DNA of 64,000 bases, taken from IMG/VR virus record IMGVR_UViG_3300037993_001242, positions 1-64,000 of that record. The stretch is one strand, 5' to 3'. Position numbers and translations under genes: made by a program. Under the pieces are notes generated by a model, which was not told the origin of the DNA, did not search any database, and was given only the letters and a program-made list of their open reading frames with translations. Source of the stretch: a virus. Below, in pieces: positions 49,383 to 56,632 of the stretch; the first letter of the stretch is position 1; the number at the start of each line of letters is the position of its first letter.

Positions 49383-49946
49383 TCAGCCCCGGCCAAAAAG
49401 GAACGGCTTCCAGTCCTCGTGCAGCGGACGAATCCGCGTGCAGGCCGGAACCGACTTCGGGCGAAACGGCTGCCGCCGGAGCTTCAGGCCCGCCTCCTGC
49501 GGCGTCTTGTTGCCCTTCCGGTGGTTCAAGTCCTTCCGACTCCAAGAAACGTTGTCCCACGCGTTCCGGCCACCCCGGCTGCGGGGAATGACGTGATCGA
49601 TGGTACCGTCGGGCGCGTATTCGCCCGTGTACTGGCAAATGAAACCGTCCCGTTCGCCGACGCCCCGCCGGTTGAACTTGGGCACCCGCTTGGGCATCTG
49701 GGCGTAGCTGGACTTGCAAATGACCGTGGGCACCCGGATGGGGCCATGGATCGTCCGCAGGAACCGGTCGCCATCGCGAATGGGCAGCACGGCCCACTCC
49801 GACCACGGCACGGCGCGCATCTCGCCCATCTCAATGCCCGTGGCGACGCCGCGCACCATGTCGCACATGGCCGTCTGGACGTTCGTCTCGTCAATGGCCT
49901 GCCACAGCCGGTTGACCACAAGCACTTTTTGTTTCAGCAGTTTCAT
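49383..49946 (-). CDS. HNH endonuclease (McrA-like) with N-terminal extension
   Basis: VLVVN...RVPTVI...RDGFICQYTG...TIDHVIPRSRGG..AWDN...NHRKGNKTP. Confidence 0.88.
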   Translation of the reverse strand: MKLLKQKVLVVNRLWQAIDETNVQTAMCDMVRGVATGIEMGEMRAVPWSEWAVLPIRDGDRFLRTIHGPIRVPTVICKSSYAQMPKRVPKFNRRGVGERDGFICQYTGEYAPDGTIDHVIPRSRGGRNAWDNVSWSRKDLNHRKGNKTPQEAGLKLRRQPFRPKSVPACTRIRPLHEDWKPFLFGRG

Positions 49947-49961
49947 AAAGTAATTAGGTGT

Positions 49962-50354
49962 TTATTCACATTGCTTCTTAAATAACGGTAAATGCTGCCA
50001 TTGGGTTACACCTTCTGGAGTTTCAGCATCATAAAATCGATCCATAAACCGGATAAAGACATGGCCTGATAAAGAATCATTTGGATCACCCGTCAGATTG
50101 CCGGGATCAAGGACTTCAACATCGTCTTGACCTGTTACTGCCTTGTAGCGTCGCCTGACATCTTCGGCCCATTCTTCGCACAAACCACAGTTAACATCGT
50201 AAGCATCAACTGCTCGTCGTGAATCTGGCCGCCCACCGCCAAATAACTTCACGGCGGGGTCGTTTAAAATAGCCGCCGTAGCATCTCGCATGGCTTCCTG
50301 AAAAGCATTTTCATTCATCTCAAGAAGACTGTATACAACTTGTTTAGCGTTCAC
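49962..50354 (-). CDS. tagged hypothetical protein (MNAKQVVYSLLEM)
   Basis: Shared tag; GTAATTA 4 nt upstream. Confidence 0.7.
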   Translation of the reverse strand: MNAKQVVYSLLEMNENAFQEAMRDATAAILNDPAVKLFGGGRPDSRRAVDAYDVNCGLCEEWAEDVRRRYKAVTGQDDVEVLDPGNLTGDPNDSLSGHVFIRFMDRFYDAETPEGVTQWQHLPLFKKQCE

Positions 50355-50369
50355 AAACTAATTACAAAA

Positions 50370-50443
50370 TGGCACCGGTGGCCCGAATCGGACGGGAACT
50401 AAGCAGTCCAAAGCTGCCTGTGCTGCCATTACACCACACCGGT
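50370..50443 (-). tRNA. tRNA-Gln(UUG)
   Basis: Cloverleaf, loop CUUUGGA, encoded CCA, T loop UCCGAUU. Confidence 0.9.
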
Positions 50444-50449
50444 ATAAAT

Positions 50450-50525
50450 TGGTACCTCCGGTGGGGCATGATCCCACAACTCCCGCATTAAAAGTGCGGT
50501 ACTCTACCAATTGAGTTACGGAGGT
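50450..50525 (-). tRNA. tRNA-Lys(UUU)
   Basis: Loop CUUUUAA, CCA; T loop AUCAUGC. Confidence 0.9.
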
Positions 50526-50531
50526 ATGAAA

Positions 50532-50615
50532 TGGTCGGCGCGGGGAGAATTGGACTCCCAAGGCTCACTCCCTCTCAAGGAGGCCGGTCTGCCATTCCCG
50601 GTAAACCACGCGCCG
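50532..50615 (-). tRNA. tRNA-Leu(GAG), atypical fold
   Basis: Loop UUGAGAG, A73-CCA; long acceptor-D linker, short variable region. Confidence 0.8.
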
Positions 50616-50616
50616 T

Positions 50617-50692
50617 TGGTTGGCCCGGTGGGGTACAATCCCACGACCTGACGATTATGAGTCGACTGCTCTATCAACTGAGCTACGGGCCA
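50617..50692 (-). tRNA. tRNA(CAU), Ile2-like
   Basis: Loop CUCAUAA; GGCCCG acceptor and CGA-CUCAUAA-UCG resemble Ile2; Met not excluded. Confidence 0.8.
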
Positions 50693-50858
50693 CTCTTGAA
50701 ATTTTCCAGCCTTTGCGTTTGGCGTACAGGTATACATCGTCGTAGGACTTGCCCACCATCCAATGAATGATCGGGGCCGCTCGCGTGCAAATCAGCAGGC
50801 TGCCTTCAAATTCGGCTCCAGCGCAAAAATAACCGCTGTCGAATTGCAGCATGAACAT
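50655..50858 (-). CDS. small phage protein (FCAG...AAPIIHWM.G...RKGW)
   Basis: 67 aa; 3' end reads into the tRNA gene. Confidence 0.5.
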   Translation of the reverse strand: MFMLQFDSGYFCAGAEFEGSLLICTRAAPIIHWMVGKSYDDVYLYAKRKGWKISRVARSSVDRAVDS

Positions 50859-50862
50859 AAAA

Positions 50863-50952
50863 TGGCGGAGGGTGCAGGCTTCGATCCTGCGCAGGTGTTA
50901 CCCCGACTTCTGGTTAGCAACCAGATACTTTACCAGACTCAGTCAACCCTCC
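50863..50952 (-). tRNA. tRNA-Ser(GCU)
   Basis: Class II with long variable arm, G73-CCA. Confidence 0.92.
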
Positions 50953-51263
50953 AAATACACTTCAAAACCACGACGCTCACCGTCCTCAACCCAGATGCCG
51001 TTGATGATGATTTCCTTGCCGATATTTTTTTGCGTCACTTTTTCCAGTTCGCCGTCTTCGCTCCCGACGTATTCCCATTTGCCGTGTCCGGCACCGGGCC
51101 ACAACTGCGCTTTATAGCGTCGGGGGCCACGGGTGCGTTCGTCCAGCTTGTCGTTGAAAGTGATGGTGACGCCGCTCGGCAAGTTTTCCGCCGTCTGCAA
51201 AAAGATAATCTCGTCGGGCCGCTTGTTGTTCAGGTCTTTGAATGTGATGGTGTTCATGCTCAT
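50943..51263 (-). CDS. hypothetical protein
   Basis: Start reassigned to 51263. Confidence 0.5.
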   Translation of the reverse strand: MSMNTITFKDLNNKRPDEIIFLQTAENLPSGVTITFNDKLDERTRGPRRYKAQLWPGAGHGKWEYVGSEDGELEKVTQKNIGKEIIINGIWVEDGERRGFEVYLEG

Positions 51264-51282
51264 GTTCCCAAGAACACGATTT

Positions 51283-51546
51283 TCAAATTTTGAACGGATG
51301 CAGCGGCGCGCCTTGTGCCATGCAATCATGCGCCCAATTTTGCGTATAGTCACAAACCGGACACACCCAACCTTTTTCTGTGGCGATTAAAATCCCGTGA
51401 TCGCCTTCATGATGTTCTTCAGCGTATTTGTGGTGGGCGTCATCGTTGCGGTTGCTACAGGTGAAGGGATGCACCCAGTCACACTGCTGCCACGCATTCA
51501 AACCCTTTACTTGCTGTTTATCCCATGGCGCGTAAATTTTGCCCAT
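51283..51546 (-). CDS. small Cys/His phage protein
   Basis: HPFTC...LIAT..GWVCPVCDYTQNWAH. Confidence 0.6.
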   Translation of the reverse strand: MGKIYAPWDKQQVKGLNAWQQCDWVHPFTCSNRNDDAHHKYAEEHHEGDHGILIATEKGWVCPVCDYTQNWAHDCMAQGAPLHPFKI

Positions 51547-51550
51547 AAGA

Positions 51551-51847
51551 TCATCGGGTTACCCAAAGCCCCATTCGCTCACAATGACGTTCGTTCAACG
51601 GAAACGGCCCCGTCCAGCCAACCTGTTTCAAATCCGAAAGAATATGCTGCCGTGCAGCTTCAGCGGCCTTCGGCCCCCACAGGTGCGCTACTTCGGCGAT
51701 CCCGGCTTCATGATGGCGTTTACGCCGGTGAGCAACGCCGCCACAGCCGGGCAGATCGTGGCAGGCATCCAACCACACGTGGACTTCGCGAAAACCTTGA
51801 CCATACGTGCTGATCGATTCAGCGCAATGTTCTTCCAAAGTTGGCAT
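51551..51847 (-). CDS. His-rich DUF6915-like protein
   Basis: EHC..S...EVHVWLD...HRRKRHHEAGI...QHILSDL. Confidence 0.55.
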   Translation of the reverse strand: MPTLEEHCAESISTYGQGFREVHVWLDACHDLPGCGGVAHRRKRHHEAGIAEVAHLWGPKAAEAARQHILSDLKQVGWTGPFPLNERHCERMGLWVTR

Positions 51848-51850
51848 AAA

Positions 51851-52078
51851 TTAAGAATACCGGTCGGGCAGACGGGCGCGCCAGTTGTCCTCCCAGTTTG
51901 CTGCTGCTTCAAATTGAGCGCGCACTTCTTCCAAAGTGGGCGGTGGTAAATTGCGCAGGTTTTCCATGCGTTGTTTCAGCCATAACGGAGCACCGAGACC
52001 GTCATCATAGTCACCGGTGCTGAGCGCTGTCAGCGCACAATGCTTAAAATCTTCATGTGTGCCTTCTTCAATTATCAT
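51851..52078 (-). CDS. hypothetical protein
   Basis: 75 aa ORF. Confidence 0.45.
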   Translation of the reverse strand: MIIEEGTHEDFKHCALTALSTGDYDDGLGAPLWLKQRMENLRNLPPPTLEEVRAQFEAAANWEDNWRARLPDRYS

Positions 52079-52080
52079 CG

Positions 52081-52118
52081 AAATAAAAGCGGCTGGACGG
52101 AAATATCCATCCAGCCGC
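52081..52118 (-). terminator. terminator after Ro60
   Basis: GCGGCTGGATGGA-TATT-TCCGTCCAGCCGC-TTTTATTT. Confidence 0.85.
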
Positions 52119-52132
52119 CGTGATTGTCTACG

Positions 52133-53848
52133 CTAATCTTCGGCTTCGTCGGCAGCAACCTTGCGGTCGCCCCGGATGAAGTCGGCGATTACCGGCGGAG
52201 CCGACGCGTCGAAACCGACCACGTCCATGCCCCACTTGTCCTCCGGGTCGTTGACCGTGAAGTCGTTGGCGCAGGTACCCACGAACACTGACCGGGTATC
52301 CGGCACGAACTTTTCACGGTACTCCCGCAGGCGCAGAGTTGGATGCGGGCCTTGGTTGACCTCGCCGTCGGTCATAACGATCAGACCGCCGATCTTCAGA
52401 CGGTTTTGCAGTGCGTACTCGATTGCCAAGCTGATGTTGGTCGAACCGAAGTTGTTCACCTGTGCCCGACGGCACGCCGTTTCCAGCGTCATGCCCTTGC
52501 GGATGCCAAGCTCGCGGAAGGTATCCGCGAATCCGAAGATATGGCATTCCGGCTCGACGCTGGCGTGAACCAGCGACAGGGCGGCGACGGCCTCACACGA
52601 AGACAGGGGAGTTCCTGCCATCGCCGAGGACATCGAACCGGACACGTCCAGCGCGATCAACAGCGGCTTGCCGCACGGTTCAACGTTCGGGAACGCCGCG
52701 TAAAAGGCTTCGTCCAGCGCCGTCATGATTGACGGAACCGGCGTCCAGCTTAGCTTACCCTTGTCACCATGGCCTTGACCGTAAATCTTGGTCGCGATCA
52801 AGACCTGCATCGGGTGAACGCGTGACTTCTTCAGGAACGCGCCGTCCTGCAACCGCTTCTGGACGAGCTTGGTGGCTTCGCCCAGCGGCTTCAGGAGACC
52901 GAGGCTGGTCATCTTGCCAAGATTACGGATCGTCGCCGTCAACGGCATCTTCTGCAACAGGGCTTCCCAGACCGCGAGGCTGTTGAGCTTCTCGGTCGGT
53001 ACGGCCTCACGCGGCAGGTTGTGCTCGGTGATCAGCTTGACCAGCGCCTTTTCGTCGGCAGTCTTGGCTTCCTCGAACGCGCCGATGATGTCCGGCAGAT
53101 ACTTTTTGACGGAAGGATACTTCCGAATACGCGGGATGTCCGGTGCCATTGACTTCGGCAGGTTGGGAAACTTTCGGGTGACCTCGCGGGCACCCAGCGC
53201 GTCCTTGCCGCCGATGATCCAGCGGAAGACGGCCTGCTGTGCCTTGACCTCGGTGACCGGGTGGGCCACGCGAAGCACGTCACGAGCCGACCAGCCGTCG
53301 CGCTGCTGATACTTGACGACCTGCGCCGCCAAACGGTCAGCGGGCATGTCCGTGAACCAGCGGGCGATAGCGCGCCGGAAACCAGAGCCGCCGCCCCGCA
53401 TCGCCGAACAGTACTGCATGAAGTGGTACAGGTGCGTACCAATCCGGCAGACCTTCGGCAGCGCGGCATAAGCTGCCTGCCGGGCTTCCGCGTCACCGTG
53501 GGTGGCGACCAGCGCCAGTGCAAAAATGGCCGGGTCGTTCTTGTAGGCGCGTCCCTTGACGGACACATCTACAATCTCCTTGACCGTCCGCACACCGCTG
53601 GCCTTGATACACTGCAACACCGCGTCGTGGCCCTGCTTGAGCAAGTCCTTTTCGTCGATGTAATAGGTGCCGCCTTCGGTACCGAGAATCAAAAACCGCG
53701 CCAGCTTGTCCCAGATGCTGACCTTCCAGACGTACGCGCCGTCCGAGTCCTGAACCTGATTCTTGCCCGGCAACGGAGTGTATACAGAGGTCGTGCGCGA
53801 ACGCTTGGCTGACCGGGTGTCGAACTGCTTGGTGCTGATGAGTGCCAT
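52133..53848 (-). CDS. rsr: Ro60 / TROVE-vWA RNA-binding protein
   Basis: LARFLILGTEGGTYY, YQQRDGWSARDVLRVAHP, MPLTATIRNLGKMT, vWA MIDAS ALDVSGSM, VMTDGE, DVVGFD. Confidence 0.97.
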   Translation of the reverse strand: MALISTKQFDTRSAKRSRTTSVYTPLPGKNQVQDSDGAYVWKVSIWDKLARFLILGTEGGTYYIDEKDLLKQGHDAVLQCIKASGVRTVKEIVDVSVKGRAYKNDPAIFALALVATHGDAEARQAAYAALPKVCRIGTHLYHFMQYCSAMRGGGSGFRRAIARWFTDMPADRLAAQVVKYQQRDGWSARDVLRVAHPVTEVKAQQAVFRWIIGGKDALGAREVTRKFPNLPKSMAPDIPRIRKYPSVKKYLPDIIGAFEEAKTADEKALVKLITEHNLPREAVPTEKLNSLAVWEALLQKMPLTATIRNLGKMTSLGLLKPLGEATKLVQKRLQDGAFLKKSRVHPMQVLIATKIYGQGHGDKGKLSWTPVPSIMTALDEAFYAAFPNVEPCGKPLLIALDVSGSMSSAMAGTPLSSCEAVAALSLVHASVEPECHIFGFADTFRELGIRKGMTLETACRRAQVNNFGSTNISLAIEYALQNRLKIGGLIVMTDGEVNQGPHPTLRLREYREKFVPDTRSVFVGTCANDFTVNDPEDKWGMDVVGFDASAPPVIADFIRGDRKVAADEAED

Positions 53849-53940
53849 ATCCTTGGAATGACAATCACACTCCAACTACGATGTGTTTTCGGGTTTTCAC
53901 CGTTGGCCCATGCCATGGGCCTGATTCTGTTTTTGTTGGA

Positions 53941-53963
53941 CGCAGGCAAGTTGGCGGCCTGCG
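53941..53963 (-). promoter_or_regulatory. minimal Ro-binding-site hairpin in the Ro60 leader
   Basis: CGCAGG-C(bulge)-CG-ccaacu-UG-CCUGCG reproduces the bulged-C helix of the Y RNAs. Confidence 0.55.
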
Positions 53964-53992
53964 AATGTCTACATTGCTGAGAACTGCATTTT

Positions 53993-54367
53993 TTAAGATT
54001 TGTTTACGAAAAAATTACAGGTTGACGTTGGCTCAACCCTGAACCGGTGTAAAAGGCATCTTGGCGGAAACCGATGCCAACCTTGTGCTTTTTTATAATA
54101 CACACAACAAATACATCCTAGTACGTCGCCCGGTGCCCGTTTTCTACTGGAACTAAGATAACCAACTTCTTCCTGTTGCCCGCGTTTGAACAATCTTTTG
54201 ACTGTGCCGACTGACCGCTGTTGAATTTTGGCTATCTTTACCCACGAAACTCCGGTTCTGCGAAGCTCGATAATGTAGGCCCAGCGCCGCCGCATCATTT
54301 TTCGGCCATTTTCAGGGGAAAGAATGCGCAGAACTTCTCGTTTGCTGACAACGTCTGGATCAAACAT
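53993..54367 (-). CDS. HTH protein with Cys-rich tail, between Y RNA and Ro60
   Basis: ELRRTGVSWVKIAKIQQRSVGTVKRL; CICC...C. Confidence 0.6.
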   Translation of the reverse strand: MFDPDVVSKREVLRILSPENGRKMMRRRWAYIIELRRTGVSWVKIAKIQQRSVGTVKRLFKRGQQEEVGYLSSSRKRAPGDVLGCICCVYYKKAQGWHRFPPRCLLHRFRVEPTSTCNFFVNKS

Positions 54368-54380
54368 GCAGTAAATAAAA

Positions 54381-54517
54381 GCGGGCAAGGGTTTGGGTCG
54401 GAGATGGCTTTCGCCAAACCACTGCTCTGCCAATTGAGCTACCCCGGCATTTGCGCCGGAGGCTGGAATCGAACCAGCAACCAACGGTTTTATGATAACC
54501 AACCACAGTCGGCCCGC
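54381..54517 (-). ncRNA. yrlA: Y RNA, YrlA type (Ro stem plus permuted tRNA-like domain)
   Basis: GCGGGCCGA/UUGCCCGC bulged-C stem; T arm GCUGG-UUCGAUU-CCAGC, closed acceptor CUCCGGC-gcaaau-GCCGGGG, D arm GCUC-AAUUGGCA-GAGC in permuted order. Confidence 0.9.
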
Positions 54518-54523
54518 TAAAGT

Positions 54524-54835
54524 TTATGGCCCGCGCAGGCGGTTTAACCGCCAATCAGTTGGTGTCGAATCCGCAATCTCTTCACCGCTGACTGTGCTGA
54601 TCGTGCCGTCTTCGTTATGCACGGTTAAAATTCTATTTTCGTAATCCCACTCCCAGCTTTCATCCCAATTACCGGTAGCACTACTGCTATCCCTGACCCA
54701 ACGCGCAATGCCGTCCAATTCAACCGCATGACTTGGCATCTGATTGTCCAGATGCTGAAGATAATCCTTCGGTCGAATCACATCAGGATCATCTTCCAGC
54801 AAAAAATCAACAAGCTGTTTTGGTGCCAAACCCAC
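54524..54835 (-). CDS. tagged hypothetical protein (APKQLVDFLLEDDPDVIRPKDYL)
   Basis: Shared tag; GTAGTTA 4 nt upstream. Confidence 0.7.
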   Translation of the reverse strand: MGLAPKQLVDFLLEDDPDVIRPKDYLQHLDNQMPSHAVELDGIARWVRDSSSATGNWDESWEWDYENRILTVHNEDGTISTVSGEEIADSTPTDWRLNRLRGP

Positions 54836-54850
54836 GCCGTAACTACTAAA

Positions 54851-54935
54851 GGCACAGGCGGGGCGTTCTCATGGGGGTGGGAGCCACCACGCCCGAATCT
54901 CAGTTCCACCCTGAACTGCTTTCAATACCTGTGCC
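54851..54935 (-). ncRNA. unclassified structured RNA A (85 nt)
   Basis: Terminal stem GGCACAGG/CCUGUGCC enclosing two hairpins; 5 nt after the tRNA-Phe CCA. Confidence 0.55.
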
Positions 54936-54940
54936 AAAAA

Positions 54941-55017
54941 TGGTGCCAAGGGCTGGTTTCGATCCAGCGACACCGACCTCTTCAGGGTCGTGCTCTACCA
55001 ATCTGAGCTACCTTGGC
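54941..55017 (-). tRNA. tRNA-Phe(GAA)
   Basis: Loop CUGAAGA, CCA; T loop AUCGAAA. Confidence 0.92.
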
Positions 55018-55019
55018 AA

Positions 55020-55265
55020 TGGTGCTGTCTTGGAACCTTCAGCAGTGGGTCGCAGTTCCGCCGTTGCTTAAATAAGCCGCAGTACTAACGCTAATGAGCG
55101 TCTGGAACACACTGCGACCCCCAGTCACGCTATTGACGACAACTTGTACTTGTCTCCCACAACCGGGTCAGCGCATTCCGCTCAAGATGGTATTGGTATC
55201 AAGCCGTGGTAGTTTACGTGATTTTCCCACACTTACGGGCAGATTTTACGATCTGCAACAGCACC
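55020..55265 (-). ncRNA. unclassified structured RNA B (~246 nt)
   Basis: Terminal stem GGUGCUGU/ACAGCACC, GGGUCGCAGU/ACUGCGACCC and several hairpins; no ORF in the track. Confidence 0.6.
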
Positions 55266-55274
55266 AAAAATAAC

Positions 55275-55342
55275 GTCCGGGAAGCCCTCAGAAAGGTCGG
55301 TGCGAACGACGCACCGTGATGTTAAAAACGAGCCACCCGGAC
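55275..55342 (-). ncRNA. unclassified structured RNA C (68 nt)
   Basis: GUCCGGG/CCCGGAC closing stem, inner CGGUGCG-ucguu-CGCACCG; 3 nt after the tmRNA CCA. Confidence 0.45.
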
Positions 55343-55345
55343 ACA

Positions 55346-55771
55346 TGGTGGAGGCGGCGAGAGTTGAACTCGCGTCTTTGACTCCGTTGCATGTTGCCAC
55401 TACACGCTTATCCCGTTTTGTACAAGCTCAGCCAGTTGGGCATCTATGTGAAAAAATCTGAGCAGGTTCGGTTGATCCAACCGTAGAAGCGCCGACATTG
55501 CTCGGCACTCACACGATCCTGCTGCATCGCTCGACCCGCCGTAGCAGGCATCCAGCGGCGAACGGTGTGGCGCTTTAGGCCACAGCAAGTTCGGCATTCA
55601 GGACGGCATCAGGGTTGGCGAAAATCGCTTCCGCCTGAGCCAGCAAGCCTGCCGGACAATCATTTGCTTCGTCAGCATTTGAGTTTTGATCCGAGTTTTT
55701 AGCGAGGCCAACGAATCATCCTCGGCGTGCAACAGCATACTTCAGTTTCAAATCGAAACCAGTACGCCCCC
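55346..55771 (-). ncRNA. ssrA: tmRNA, tag ADEANDCPAGLLAQAEAIFANPDAVLNAELAVA*
   Basis: 5' GGGGGCGUACUGGUUUCGA, 3' GCGAG-UUCAACU-CUCGC-CGCCUCC-ACCA, G3-U70 pair; tag frame 55676-55575. Confidence 0.95.
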
Positions 55772-55790
55772 ATTTCAAAGATCAAAAAAC

Positions 55791-55852
55791 GATGGGCAAG
55801 GTGGTGCAGGAAGGGTTGTCCAAGGATGATAACCTTCCAACTTCGGCCCATC
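55791..55852 (-). ncRNA. short Y RNA 2 (62 nt)
   Basis: GAUGGGCCGA/UUGCCCAUC bulged-C stem; GGUUAUCA 9 nt after CCG. Confidence 0.8.
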
Positions 55853-55855
55853 AAT

Positions 55856-55950
55856 TCGACCCGGCCCCGTCGTCAGTTCGTGCCGGAACGCACAAGAATG
55901 TCCATGCCCGGCTGATCAATTCCGGGCGCTGACCCAGTTGTACCTGTGCC
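55856..55950 (-). ncRNA. unclassified structured RNA D
   Basis: Starts GGCACAGGUA like RNA A; GUCAG/CUGAC junction with GCCCGG/CCGGGC and GUGC/GCAC hairpins; 4 nt after the fMet CCA. Confidence 0.5.
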
Positions 55951-55954
55951 AAAT

Positions 55955-56031
55955 TGGTTGCGGGGGAAGGATTCCAACCTCCGACCTCTTGGTTATGAGC
56001 CAAGCGCGCTTGCGGACTGCGCCACCCCGCG
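55955..56031 (-). tRNA. initiator tRNA-fMet(CAU)
   Basis: C1:A72 mismatch, CGCGGGG acceptor, loop CUCAUAA. Confidence 0.88.
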
Positions 56032-56049
56032 ATCAAAAAGAACACGATA

Positions 56050-56078
56050 TTTGTAATCCTGCTGATTAAAAACGTCAA
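56050..56078 (-). promoter_or_regulatory. sigma70-type promoter for the fMet/Y RNA/tmRNA run
   Basis: TTGACG-17 nt-TACAAA about 18 nt upstream of fMet. Confidence 0.55.
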
Positions 56079-56097
56079 CAAAATTTTCACAGGAAAT

Positions 56098-56181
56098 TGG
56101 TCGGCGCGAAGGGACTTGAACCCCCAAGGATCACTCATTTTGAATGAGGTCAGTCTGCCATTCCTGATGAACCACGCGCCG
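56098..56181 (-). tRNA. tRNA-Leu(CAA), atypical fold
   Basis: Loop UUCAAAA; linker UGGUUCAU, variable GAUCCUU. Confidence 0.85.
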
Positions 56182-56185
56182 AAAA

Positions 56186-56494
56186 TCAATCTTCGCCGGT
56201 GACCTGCCGCAAAAGTTTTTTGGCGTAGTCCGCCGCGATCCACACTTCCGCTTCGTCGTCGTCGATGTAAACTTCAAAACCAACGTCGTTTTTATTGCAG
56301 TAGTCGTAGACCGCTTTAACCTCTGGATTGGTTTGGGCAATGTATTCGGCTACATAATCGGCAGCATAATTCCCGGCAAATCCGATTTTGCGCAAATCGA
56401 TTAGTTGGTCATACGTGGCCTGTTGAAACCACGGTTCAGCATCGAAGCTAACCTCCATGGCATTGTCATCGGATATGATTGTCGCCGGGATCAT
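56186..56494 (-). CDS. hypothetical phage protein
   Basis: MIPATIISDDNAMEVSFDAEPWF... Confidence 0.6.
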   Translation of the reverse strand: MIPATIISDDNAMEVSFDAEPWFQQATYDQLIDLRKIGFAGNYAADYVAEYIAQTNPEVKAVYDYCNKNDVGFEVYIDDDEAEVWIAADYAKKLLRQVTGED

Positions 56495-56506
56495 CGTCTT
56501 AAATAC

Positions 56507-56591
56507 TGGTCGCCGGAGCGGGACTCGAACCCGCAAGGCTGCTGGATTTTAAGTCCAGTGGGTCTGCCAATTCCACCTTAACCACCCGGCG
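56507..56591 (-). tRNA. tRNA-Leu(UAA), atypical fold
   Basis: Loop CUUAAAA; linker UGGUUAAG, variable CAGCCUU. Confidence 0.85.
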
Positions 56592-56632
56592 AATACTCCA
56601 AAAAGTTTCTGATGAACGGAAGTAGTTAAGCC

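Noticed and set aside
50532-50615. Reading this tRNA as Ser(UGA)
   Set aside because: That register pairs poorly; the GAG register and overall identity match the other four Leu tRNAs.
54421-54480. Apparent extra tRNA gene
   Set aside because: The T arm precedes the D arm and there is no anticodon loop or CCA; it is the permuted domain of the Y RNA.
54851-54935. Hammerhead ribozyme or c-di-GMP riboswitch
   Set aside because: CUGAGA and GAAA are present but not in the required CUGANGA/GAAA geometry; the riboswitch core is absent.
55020-55265. RNase P, SRP, 6S or group I intron identity for orphan RNA B
   Set aside because: No GAGGAAAGUCC core, no SRP domain IV and no P7 consensus visible; a GGCUUA match alone is insufficient.
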